A stretch of DNA of 57,463 bases, counting the filler, from Jimgerdemannia flammicorona (Eukaryota), in NCBI GenBank assembly GCA_003990765.1. It is 3 parts of 3 records of this genome, joined end to end, with 100 filler letters (N's around TTAATTAATTAA, not from the genome) between each part and the next. Parts side by side here need not be neighbours in the genome. Positions count along the whole stretch, not along the records: positions 19,195 to 38,284 come from RBNJ01002033.1; positions 38,385 to 57,463 come from RBNJ01002034.1; 1 more part is not named here. One strand, given 5' to 3'. Under the pieces are notes generated by a model. It was not told where the DNA came from. It did no database searches and saw only the letters and a program-made list of their open reading frames with translations. Each line of letters begins with the position of its first letter. Within the stretch, counting starts at the first letter, position 1. This document shows, in pieces, positions 36,647 to 48,114 of the stretch. The position numbers were made by a program, and so were the translations under genes.

Positions 36647-38284
36647 ATGATAGGGGCAGTACGGCAAGGCCGAGCTCCATAAAGGTGCTAGGCATAATTT
36701 TTGAATTATCTAGTCAACCTCTACACTGTTTAGTGGTATTATTAAGTATCCACATTCATATGGATTCCGCCAGACCTTTCGCTTCAATTCCATGTAGCTG
36801 TGCTGATTTGTCCTTTATCTCCTATGTTCACCAACATCTACACACTGATTTAGTTTTGAATGAATATAATTACAATTATTTGAATGTGTTCTTTATTACA
36901 TGGTTGTTTGGTAACATAGTATATTTCGAATTTCAGATATCTTGTTTTTGTAATAAATTCTGCAGCAATATATTGTCCATGAATCTAAATGACTAATCGC
37001 CTGTCCACCATACGACGAGTTTAACCCTGGTCTCCATCCGTGTTGGCCACAGCATCCACACTCGTCGTCGTCCACCAATCATGTACAGTAGAATCTCGCG
37101 CTGGTCCGGCAAACGCCTTTGACGGTGCCCTTTGGTGACACACATCAACTTGCCCAACCCCACACATCCAAATCGACCTACTTCCCACAGCGAACGCGAC
37201 AGACGGTCGTGGATGGTATCAATGGTGCAGGTCTTAATCTCTTGGAGGATGGTGGTGTGAATGAGGTCGCGAGCCGGTGTTTCCTTGATCGGACGGTTGA
37301 GAGGTGCGGTCAGTAGCGTTGGGCTGTAGGCGGCGATGTTGACTATATGAATGGGGATGGTGGTGTCAGCGATAGGTATAAGTGAAAGTAGAGAAGTTGG
37401 AATTGATGCATTATAAGCGTACAATAGATCCCTCTCCTATTTCTTTCCATAAAAATAAAACAACCTTTCTCAACCGCACCAACTGTCACCTCCACCTGTT
37501 TCCTCTCACAAACATCCTCTCCAAAATCTCCTTCCTTTCGAACTGTGATGTCCAACAGATATGATGCCCAACAGATACTTGGCCACCGTGCGAGCAGAAA
37601 GACGCGACGAGAAATGTGGTAAAATCGAGCCCATGAGGACCAAGTTGTAGTGTGTGCATCGAGAGCTATCCTGGGCACGTGCGCTGATTGAATGGCGGCG
37701 GCAGGTGTCGAGGAATGGTGCTTGCCAGTGTGTGCGCCCTAGGCAGTTTCATATGACTGGCAACCTTCGCTTTGTGCAGTCTTCCAAACGACACATGGGG
37801 AGACAAGGAACGTCAACCACACCATAATAACCTGTTTGCCGACAAACATGCGAATTTCATTATCGAAAGAATACCTCCGACAAAAACCTTGTTAGGGTGT
37901 CCGGCCTGTCGGCCTGTCGGAGCTCTATATCGGCCGTCTGACAAAATTAAGGATCACTATTGGGTTAAAAAAAAAAAAAAAAAAAAAAATCCCCCATGGC
38001 CCGATTGCTCAGGAAATATGGCGAGTGAGCAGAACTAGAATCATTCAGCCGTGGCTCCAACTGCAGTGTGATTATTCAACGCACTTCCAGGACCCTCATC
38101 TTCGACCAGAAAAGCCAAATTATGTCAACAAGCTGTCGATAGAGTTATCTTTACAACACCTGGAAAAACCCCAAACCGACATTATTAAAACCAAATAGCG
38201 ATGGTTCCTAGTCACGCATTAGGCTACAAAGCGATGGACTTTGCATGGAAAGTGATCAATCCCTAGGTTTGACGCTGGTGAGGC

Positions 38285-38384
38285 NNNNNNNNNNNNNNNN
38301 NNNNNNNNNNNNNNNNNNNNNNNNNNNNTTAATTAATTAANNNNNNNNNNNNNNNNNNNNNNNNNNNNNNNNNNNNNNNNNNNN
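38285..38384. other. Artificial contig-joining spacer
   Basis: Identical to 19095-19194. Confidence 0.97.
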
Positions 38385-38495
38385 TTTTTTTTAGGGGGAG
38401 GGTTGGTTGGTTGGTTTGGTTTGATTTGGTTGTGAATGTATAGGTTTGGAACGACCACACTAACGGTTTATCGACATTTCGCCTTTTCTTGATAG

Positions 38496-40515
38496 CCCCT
38501 TCTCCACCAACGCCACGACCGATGACGACGAATCCAGCAAGATCAAGTACATTCCGCACGATATCTTCACAAACCGTAATCCGTCGATCCGCATCTTTAC
38601 TCCCTCGACCTCGACCTCGCCCATCGATTCGGCGGCCTACGCAACGGCCTCACACTTTGCGATCGCCCAGCAAACCGGCTACTCGTACCCGCGCTTCCGC
38701 TCCGCCGACCGCATCAAGATCCCGAAAGAGGAGTGCGAGGATAAATTTTGCGTCGCCGATCTCAAAAAGCCCAAAGATATGCCCGCAGAAAAGCCCGTGG
38801 ATTACTCGTACAGCTACCATGGCTCACGATCGCGCGTCACTGAACCTTCCCCAACAGAGATAGTTACGTTCGGAAGACTCTTCGTGCTGGCAGACGGACA
38901 TGGCGGGCCTGGGTGCGCTCAGTTCTTTGTCGACAGGATCCCCAGAGAGGTCGAGGATCTGTGCAGGAGGTACGACCCGGGAGGGTTGGGCGATCGTACT
39001 ACGCAGCGGAAGATGGAACGCGAGATCAAGGAGCTGATTAGGAGGCTCGATGACGAGTATCTAGACCGGAAGAGGACGCAGTATCAATCCGCAGCGATTG
39101 AGAGGGGGGAGATAGACGCGAGACAGGGCCGACATCTCAACTCTTTATCCCCGTCTCCGTCACCTTCAGCCGCGGCGTCGTTTTCGTCTTCACCGCTCTC
39201 CTCACCCACCCCCTCATCTCCAGCGAGCATACCACAGGATCATCTAGCCTCGGCACCCGGACCCGTGGACGACGACGGGTGCACACTCATGCTGGCCATT
39301 TTCCTGGGCGACTCGTGGCTCGTGCAGGCAAACGTGGGCGACTCACGTACCATCCTCATGTCTGCACCAGACGACTTCAACGGGCCCCGCCACCACCATC
39401 AACACCATTACTACCATAAGCCTGGTACACACGGCGCCTACAAGCTTGACGTCGACTTCGCCTCGCAGGATCACAAGCCATACCTCGAGCATCTCGCCAG
39501 AGAAATTTTAGATAACGGCGGCGAGTTCGTAGATGCAGTACAGAATCGTGTCATCAAGGTCGACCCCAAAACTCTCAAGGAAGACGGCAACAGGCAACGC
39601 ACAAGGGTCGCGCTCAAGAACGCACGCATCAGGCCCCGAAAGGTCGTTAATGGCATCGCGGGCGGCGTCGCAATTGGACAGGCCGCCGCCGCCGCAGCCG
39701 TAACTTTCGCTAACATGAGCGCGCATCAGAGACGGAAGGCCGCGACCGGAAGCGCCGCGCAGGCTTCTACGGCCTCGGCGGCTGGGGAGCATGGGCCATC
39801 GCTGAATGTGGCGAGATCGTGTGGCGATTTGGCGTTCAAGCTGGACTCGACAAAGAAGATCATTTCGTGTGAGCCGGATGTCACGTTTGTTAAGATTCGG
39901 AGGAGGGAGGAGAGTGAGGAGGAAGAAGAAGAGGAGATCGCCAGGAGGGAGGATGAGGCTAGGAGGGAGAGGGAGAGCGATGGCATGAGTGCTGGATCGG
40001 ATGATGATGAGGTCGTCGTTGTAAGGGCGTGCATACCGGATGAGGAGGATGATGAGAGGATGGAGGTTGTGGACGCACGTGGGGAGGAGGATGCCAGGGA
40101 GAACGAGGTCGAGTTGCCTAGGGGGAGGCGGCGTCGGTTCTTGCTCATGAGTAGTGATGGGCTGTTCGATCATCTATACGAGGAGCATGCTGAGAAGCAG
40201 AATAAGGCCGTCGCGAAGGCTGTCGGGAGGCATGTTGAGGAGGCTGAAAGAGTCCTGGTCCAGGCGTTGGAGGAAGAGGACGAGTTGGATATCGAAATGG
40301 CTGAAGTAGGAGAGGAGGATAGAGTTAAGGAGAGAAGGCGGAGGGAGAGAGAGGAGAGGAGGAGGGAGAGAGAGGAGAAGAGGAGGGGGAGAGATAAGGA
40401 GAGGGCGCTGGGATATGTCGTCAGGTATCTTTGCGATCGAGAGGGCGATCATAATTTCTTCTCGTCTGTGTTTCAGGAGTATGATGATTGTACTGTTGTG
40501 TTGGTTGAGGTGTAG
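38496..40515 (+). CDS. PP2C/PPM-family protein phosphatase (5'-partial; first exon probably off-contig)
   Basis: Motifs EECEDKF, FVLADGHGG, DGCT, ANVGDSR, DHKP, LNVARSCGD, FLLMSSDGLFD and DDCTVVLV. The frame stays open upstream of the 38779 ATG to an acceptor-like TTCTTGATAG ending at 38495. Confidence 0.88.
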
Positions 40516-40988
40516 TTGGGTGAGCGAGAGATGACACTGTTGGGTAGTGTGTGATGGATAAGAGTAAGGCGAATCGCTTGCGTTTGCATCGCAGAGGAAC
40601 CCTGTTTTCCTAGCAATCCTTTGCCTTGTTTTACACAAAAAAAAAAAAAAAAAAAAAAAGCGCTAAAGTCAGCGACCCCTTGTTATGTCCTTTCCACCAT
40701 TAGATTATTCTGTATTGTACATATATGAGACATGCCAATATTTGTGGTACAACCGGCTGAGCCGACGTGTTTGTACATTTACGTGGAATTATTACAGTGT
40801 TATTGTGCAAGAGGCGACGTTAGCGGAGGGCGGGAGGGAAGTTCGGTGGTATATGATACTTACACCGAAGGTTGGCTTGTGATGTCATCAAGATGTTATT
40901 GTAATTAGTTACACTCCGATAAATAAAATCTGTCAGCGGAATCTGAAACCCTCCCCTCCCCAAGCTTCTGCTTGGCCTACGTACACCC

Positions 40989-43254
40989 ATGAACCCACCT
41001 TCTTCCATCCTCCCGTCCACCGACGGCGATGACCTCGCCATTCTCAACACCACCTTCGTCGCCATCTCCGAGTTTATCCTCTCCATCCCCGGATCCGCGG
41101 GTGTCCTAAGATACATCAAGACGTCGTACCAGGACGACCCGTTCCGCGTCGTGCTTGAGCTCATCTTGGTATTTTTTGCCATTCAGTATATGAGCGCAAA
41201 GAAGTATAAGATTGATGATAATGCTGTTAAATTGACTAGTAAGGTATGATGGGGAGGTTGAGAGGGGACTGATGATGGTTCTGTCGAAGCAGCATTTGAG
41301 CATGGTTGTCATATACACCTGCTAACGATTTCTATTTGACCGAACCCCCTTCAGGAAATCGACGAACTCGTTACGGAATGGACTCCTGAACCCCTAGTCC
41401 CTCCCCTCTCTGACCAAGACCGCCTCGACCTAGAGAAATCCACTCTCATCACAGGCGCGCAGGGCCCCAAACCACGCGTCGGCTCAAACCAGAAACCCCT
41501 GCTCAACCTCGCCTCCGCCAACTACCTTGGCCTCTGCTCCTCCGATCGCATCAAGGAGAAAGCCGTACAGACACTCCGCGAGTACGGCGTCGGGTCATGT
41601 GGACCCCCCGGGTTTTATGGGACTATCGATGTTCATATGGATTTGGAGAGGAATATCGCCCAGTTTCTTGGAGTTGAGGAGGCTATTATTTATGCTCAGG
41701 GCTTCTCAACTATATCTTCTGTCGTGCCCGCGTTTGCGAAAAGGGGGGATGTTATTGTTGTGTGGGTATTGTGTTTTTTTTTTTTTTTTTTGAGGGAGGA
41801 GGGGGGGGAATCTTCTTGTTTTACGCCTTGCCATTCGAGATTACTACACAACAGCGATCGCCATCGAAATCCCAAACTTTGTTCTCATGTTTGACGCATC
41901 TTTCCCTACCAATGCCCCTTCCAGTGATGATGGCGTCAACTTTGCCATTCAGAAGGGAGTCTTCATCTCTCGCTCCAACGTCCGCTGGTTTAAGCACAAT
42001 GACGTCAACGACCTGGAGCGCGTGCTCGAAGACATCCGTGTCGAGGACCTTGTAGTACGTATAACATTGTGATTCGGCATATTTGAACGGATGTCACGCA
42101 GGATTAAGCTCAGACTGGTAATAATTGATATCGCTACAGCTCAAGAAACGCCTTACTCGCCGCTTCATCGTCACCGAAGGCCTATTCCAGAACCATGGTG
42201 ATATCGCACCGCTGCCCAAGATTGTATGTATTTTTCAACGATTCTTTATGCCGCCTAGCTGTAGGATACCTGCCAAGTCTTTGGCCCAATGCCTTTACGT
42301 TGTTGCTTGGTCAAACCGTTACCACCACTCCGTACTGATGTAGACCCTTTCCCATCCGGTTGTAGATCGAGCTCAAGAGGAAGTACAAGTACCGCCTAAT
42401 CCTCGACGAATCACAGTCCTTTGGCGTGCTGGGCCGTCGCGGCGCGGGGCTGACCGATCTGTTCGACATTCCGGTATAGTGGCATGATCTTTATTGTTAC
42501 TTTTGCGTGCTCGGAAGTCTGTCAGATATGCTGAAGCAATCATGCGCGTTTTGTTGATCGGTGAATATAGGCTCAGGAGGTCGATATGATTGTAGGGTCT
42601 ATGGCGACTTCGCTTTGTTCCGCCGGCGGCTTCTGCGCTGGTAGTCATGAAATTGTTGACCATCAGGTACATGCAACCCCTTCCTTGTTTCTCTCACAGC
42701 ACAATAAATCCAAAGGCCACTCATCAACCCTTCCCTTCCCATCCCCCCCCCAGCGCCTCTCCGGCAGCGCCTACTGCTTCTCGGCCTCCATCCCCGCAAT
42801 GCTGGCCGTCAGCACCTCCGAAGCCCTCGCCATCCTTTCCTCAACCCCAACCCTCCTCACAGACTTGCACGACCGCGCGCGCCTCCTCCGCTCAATCCTC
42901 GCCCACCGCTCACTAACACCCCTAATTGACCTCTACGCCCCGGAACCAGACCACCCGGCGCCCTTTCTCCACATCCGCGCACGGGAGACATTCCTGGCAT
43001 CCCGTCTGCGCGATGGAGAGCGCGCTGTTCCCCGCGAGGATGAGGAACGCTTGTGGCAGGAGGTTGTGGATGAGTGTGCGAATCAAGGAGTGATGATCAC
43101 TAGAGCTAAATATGTTGTTAAGCAGGAGGTTAATTGTCCTAGGCCTAGTGTTAGGGTGTGTGTTAGTGCGGCGCATACGAGGAAGGAGTGTGAGAAAGCA
43201 GCTGGGGCCGTTAAGAGTGCAATCGTGAAGGTGTTTGGGAGGTGGAGGAAGTGA
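40989..43254 (+). CDS. LCB1: Serine palmitoyltransferase subunit 1 (multi-exon)
   Basis: [52 protein letters not shown] and [17 protein letters not shown] lacks the PLP-binding Lys of LCB2. GT-AG introns join in frame. Confidence 0.93.
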
Positions 43255-43640
43255 AGAGGGGGGGATGTTCTTGGTGTATTAGTTCGTCATAGAATGGTTC
43301 CGCGGGTTTTATATTCGTTGCGTTTTTGGTTCGGACCCCTAATGACTTATTTACATTCCGTAACCGTAATCTATGTGTGTCATTACGAAGTGCAGGTCAT
43401 TTGCTTAGCGAACGGAACGGGGGTCTCATAGATCAAGGTGGAAACCTCCCGTGCTTTCACTGTCATACTTTAGAAACTTAGAAATCATAATTCCGCGGTG
43501 ATTGGTACAATGTCATTATAATTTAAAGAGCGAGAAATGTACAGAAAATAATAGGCTACAGCTAGGTCAACAACGCACACCGCTTCTAAAGTCTCTATTT
43601 CATCACGTCATCCTAACTCGGTCTAATGCTCCTACTCGGC

Positions 43641-44909
43641 CTAATCCTCCGTCTCCAGATACCACAACTTCTCTTTCTTCAATATCTGCAACTTATCATC
43701 GCCAACAAAATAATTCGCATGCGCTATAAATGCCTCCGCCCCAAACCTCTTTGGAATATTGTTCCTGAAAAATGCCAAACCATGAGGGAAAAAGAACAGA
43801 TCCAAATACACCACTGGACTCGTCCGCATATCCATGTCCAGTTTTCCCAACGCCCGATTCATCGCCTGCTGCTGCGTGGTATGGGGCTCGGCATCCTGCA
43901 TGGCAATCGTATCACGCAACACCCGTCGCGTCACGTTCGATGAACGCATCCAGTAGAACCCAGAGTTAATCGTCGTACGGTCGAAACCTTCCTGCGAGAA
44001 AATCATGTGCGTCTCGTCCCGCGTCTTCCACATCCCGTTGATGAACGGGAGAAGATGTCGCGATAAAAACACTACGTCGACGTCTGAGAATAAAACTTGC
44101 ACCTCTTGGTGCAGAAGGCGCTGAACTACAAGCGATTTCGCATGCGTTACGCCAAAGTATGAGCTTGAGCGGTACGATTCGAACAAGGATGACGGCGGGA
44201 CTGAGCGGTGGAACCATGAGGCCGGAATGTCCACCGCGTGCTCGCCGTGGCCCGCAGACTCGAGAATCGTGCGAAGCGCGGGGTCAATGCAGAAGACGAG
44301 GTACTTGGTCACCCCCGTGTACAAGAGAGACGAGATCCAGTTCAGCGTGTAGTTGGCCATCCCGCTGTTCACCACCGCCGTCACCAGCGTGCCGTCATCG
44401 TGCGTGTTTTTCCGCACCCTATTCATAATCGCGTCAGGGATCGCTTCGAACGTCGGGAGCACGTCGGCGTCGCCGGCAGGCTTCGCTGGCTCCGTTGGCT
44501 CCGCTGGATCTTGATCTTCGAGCGTCGGGAGCACGTCGGCGGCGCTAACGGTCTTCGCTGGCTTCGCTGGATCTTGATCTTCCTCGGGTAAGTCGGCGGC
44601 GGGCGAGGACGGGACCGGGGGACACAGTGTGCGCTGTTCCTCCGTAGTGAGATGCGTGGGCGACGAAATGTGCGTCGTCGTGTAGGTCACCGTGTAGGTC
44701 ACCGTGTACGTTACCGTGTGTGTAGGGCGCGTCCACGCGAGTTGGGGCTCGTTTGCCACAGCTTGTGCTACGGCTTGTGCGTCTTGCGCCGAGACGCTAT
44801 AGAGCGCGGTGACTTGGGCTGTGTGAGTGAAGGTTGTTGAGTAGAAGGCCGTCAGACCTACTACCACTATCGCTGCTAGCAGGAAGTATTGTCGCGCATG
44901 GCGTTCCAT
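43641..44909 (-). CDS. Nucleotide-diphospho-sugar transferase (GT77-like), type II membrane protein
   Basis: N-terminal TM anchor, Thr/Pro-rich repetitive stem, DxD motif in VLFSDVDVVF, INSGFY and AHANY. Single 422-aa ORF. Confidence 0.85.
   Translation of the reverse strand: MERHARQYFLLAAIVVVGLTAFYSTTFTHTAQVTALYSVSAQDAQAVAQAVANEPQLAWTRPTHTVTYTVTYTVTYTTTHISSPTHLTTEEQRTLCPPVPSSPAADLPEEDQDPAKPAKTVSAADVLPTLEDQDPAEPTEPAKPAGDADVLPTFEAIPDAIMNRVRKNTHDDGTLVTAVVNSGMANYTLNWISSLLYTGVTKYLVFCIDPALRTILESAGHGEHAVDIPASWFHRSVPPSSLFESYRSSSYFGVTHAKSLVVQRLLHQEVQVLFSDVDVVFLSRHLLPFINGMWKTRDETHMIFSQEGFDRTTINSGFYWMRSSNVTRRVLRDTIAMQDAEPHTTQQQAMNRALGKLDMDMRTSPVVYLDLFFFPHGLAFFRNNIPKRFGAEAFIAHANYFVGDDKLQILKKEKLWYLETED
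44449..44722 (-). repeat. In-frame intragenic repeats in the glycosyltransferase stem
   Basis: 12-nt unit x3 encoding TVTY, plus two to three copies of ADVLPT.E.QDPA.P. Confidence 0.75.
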
Positions 44910-46860
44910 TGGTGTTGTGTGGAGATGGAGTGTGTGGGTTGGGTTGTAACAAGATGTGTTTGGCCGCCAGGGATTAGCAATTCCAATAGATTAAACCGAG
45001 TTAAATTGAACAAGTAACACCTGCGACGGGACTTTGAAAGCAAAAGGTACTCAAAAGAACACCTGTCTGCGAAAGTCTGATTCCCCAACCCCCCCTCTCT
45101 CTTACCTTTATCAATGACAAGAACTTTTTTGGCTGAACATCCGTCGCACAACCGGATTCGCCAGATCTGGTAAGACCCACACCAATCCACTGCATCTGAT
45201 CAACCCGTTCGCGTTCGGGCTCGCGGCAATTCGGGTGGATGCTTGCCTATGGGAAATGAGTTGCCATGCGGAAGGTAAAGTTTAGAAATATGGCGTGGCG
45301 TGGAATGACAGTGAATGGAAATAACTATGCACGAACACGAACGTAAGATATGATCTAGTCTCGACATAAACCTTAAATTTCGAAAAGAGAAGTCACATAG
45401 TGAATTAGAATAAGGTCTAATAAATAATTCAATGTATGAACTTAGATAATAGTAACATCACTCTCACCAACCAATAGAAATCACCAAATTGAGTGACATC
45501 ACTGTTTCCAACCAATAGGAATAGCTAATTTTCTATAGCTGCTTTTCCTCGATCCAGCATATATGAAAAGTGACAAACTTTAAGCTATCTTTTCTATTCT
45601 TTCGAAAATTCGGTTGTGGCTTGGTGTCCCGCATGATTCTAGCTTTAAGTTTCTTTGCACGAAATATATATTTAGAGAACGGACGACCGATAATGTTGAA
45701 AAAAAAACCCCCAATACACTCAACCTGCACCGGATGCTCGTCCATTACCTTGACCCCACCACCACCGCTTTCGCGATGCAAGGGTTTGCGTGGCGCCCCC
45801 CGCTCCCCCGCCACCTCGGAGCCACCCGAAGACTACCGAATTCTCGGGCCCGTGCCTCATGAGCTCCGAGTCCGCGCGACTGTTATCTTGGTTCATCAGT
45901 GAGAGCGAACTTTGATAGACGCCCCAGCGTAGCTCTTGAGGGCGAGGATTTCGAAAGGGACGACACGCTGGAAGTAGCGTCGGTAAGGCAAAGCTGTGGC
46001 AGACGCTATTGTATAGGATCCAAGGCTTTCGATGGTTGTGTGAATGAAAGCGTTCAAGCCGAGTTACTAGAGGTAGTCTTTGTAATTAGATATTTATTAT
46101 ATTCATTATATTTTATTTTTTTACTTTATTTATTTATTAAAAAAAAAAAAAAAAAAAAAAAGCATATTACAAATAAACATTAACCGCTGAACTCAAGCCA
46201 CAAATCAGAATTATTAAGAAAAGATGTATTTTTACACAATCATTCAAATATATAATATATAAAAATATATATATTCAATGAAAAAAATTTATAGTATTTA
46301 TTATGCATTGTAGTCCCCCAATATTTTTTATTTCACGTACGGTTGTGCATGTGGAAGACTGGACGTGGGGTTCAGTTGGCCTCTTGGGTGTAGTAGTGTG
46401 ACTTGCTCTGGTGAAACCTTTGGATAGATCCGACACGTCCGTTTTGATACGATTACTACACTCCGACAGGTTGTTGAGCACAAAATATGAAATATATTTT
46501 TTGTTGTATTTATTATGTACAGAAAGAAGAAGACACCGAACGGAATATACAAAAGGGGTACAGAGAAGGAAGCCGCACAAGAATAAAAAAAGCTATGAAA
46601 AGGAACGCCGTTACGGCAAAGGACGAAAAATGAAGAGGAAAGGAGAGCTAAGCGAAACGAATGACAGAAAGGGAAATCATGGAAATGGCAAGGAGAAATT
46701 TGTTTCGGTGGGAATTATTGTTCACTGCGAAAGCCAGTAACAAAAACTCATCAAGACATCGACCAGTTCCTCCACATCCTTCAGTATCTACGTACACCCA
46801 TATATCAACCGCACTGGTTGCGGTTCCCACTTTCGTGACTAACGCATCTCCTCAAACACC

Positions 46861-47460
46861 TTAACGGGACCTCAGCTCGTCCGACACGGCCCGCGCCATA
46901 TTTTTCATACCGTTGCTATCTTTGTCGGTGGCGGCAGCAGGAGGAGCGAACTTGCCATTATCGACCTCGCGGTGGACAGAGAATGAAACGTCGTCCTCGA
47001 AGGTGTTGCCCTCCAGAGATGGATTTTCGAGCTTGAGCTTCTGGATGGCAATGGCCGTGTTGGCGAGGAGGTCCTGGGACGATGGGGCGGAGGCAGGTTT
47101 GGCGCTCGAGGAGGAGGAAGGGGACCAGGCGGTTGAGGAATACCGTACGGACTTGGTCTCGGTGAGGCGGAGATCCTGTGTTGTTTGTTTGACGAAGGAG
47201 ACGCGGCGAGCCAGGGTGGGGTCGTCTTCAAGGTCGAGGTCGGCGTCGTTGTCGAGGACCGGTGGCTGGTCGAGGCCAAGACTGAGCTTCATGCCGGTAA
47301 TGGTTTCCTTGATGTTGTCATGGGTGTGATTGTCGAGGCTGGAGGGGGCAGAGCGTGAGGTGTAGAGAGTGCGGAGGTGAAGGGCGCTGGGACGCAGGAG
47401 GAGGAGGGCACGGATGGGGGTAGCGGGGGCGGCGAGGTGGATGGTGCTGCGGAGAGACAT
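46861..47460 (-). CDS. Hypothetical protein (199 aa) with mitochondrial-presequence-like N-terminus
   Basis: ATG at 47458-47460. The N-terminus MSLRSTIHLAAPATPIRALLLLRPSALHLRTLYTSRS is Arg/Ser/Leu-rich with no acidic residues. Codon composition is gene-like. No recognised domain. Confidence 0.6.
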   Translation of the reverse strand: MSLRSTIHLAAPATPIRALLLLRPSALHLRTLYTSRSAPSSLDNHTHDNIKETITGMKLSLGLDQPPVLDNDADLDLEDDPTLARRVSFVKQTTQDLRLTETKSVRYSSTAWSPSSSSSAKPASAPSSQDLLANTAIAIQKLKLENPSLEGNTFEDDVSFSVHREVDNGKFAPPAAATDKDSNGMKNMARAVSDELRSR

Positions 47461-48114
47461 GATTTGATTTGGATGGACGGAAAGATCAAACACCTGATGT
47501 TGTATCCATTGTTGGGCACGTGAATGTCCTCTTATCTCTCACGTCAGATGATCTTGATCTATTCCTTTCATAGCTTGAGCAGTACTTTACTATATTTACC
47601 CTAGTCTATACCATACCGGATCTTGCTGGCCCCGTTCAACTTGAACACTCGCGTGACCTGTCGATCACATGATCACGTGCACCTTTCTATATGAGATCAA
47701 AAAAAAGGTACCATTCCAGATATGCTATAAGGTACTTTTTAATAAACTTCGCCTCATACATCTTGTCAAAAAACCTTTGCTATGCTGGTTGACCCATCCG
47801 CGACGGAATCCTGAAAAGAAAACCACCAAAGAAACCTGTTATAAAGAATCTGATATTTGAATTAAGTGGAGGGGACTGGAGATGGAGGATACCTTGTGGT
47901 AGTTCTTTTATATAACAACATTTTTTGTGAAGGGTGGGCATGTCTGAGAGTGAAAACGATGGTTCACGTTTGCAAGAGAACTTAGTTTGTGAGCTATGCA
48001 TATTGATTTTCTTGGTGATGTCATAATTATATGCGCATATAAATGTGAGGGGATGACGTCAGCATCAATTTGCACTCGTTACTGCTTGTTTGTTTTCAAC
48101 TTATACACAGCACC

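Noticed and set aside
36993..37700. Minus-strand ORF fragments after the TPR array
   Set aside because: No identifiable family, and frames are inconsistent.
45720..46060. GC-rich segment as a structured ncRNA
   Set aside because: No snRNA, SRP, RNase P/MRP or tRNA signature was recognised; an Rfam search would be needed.
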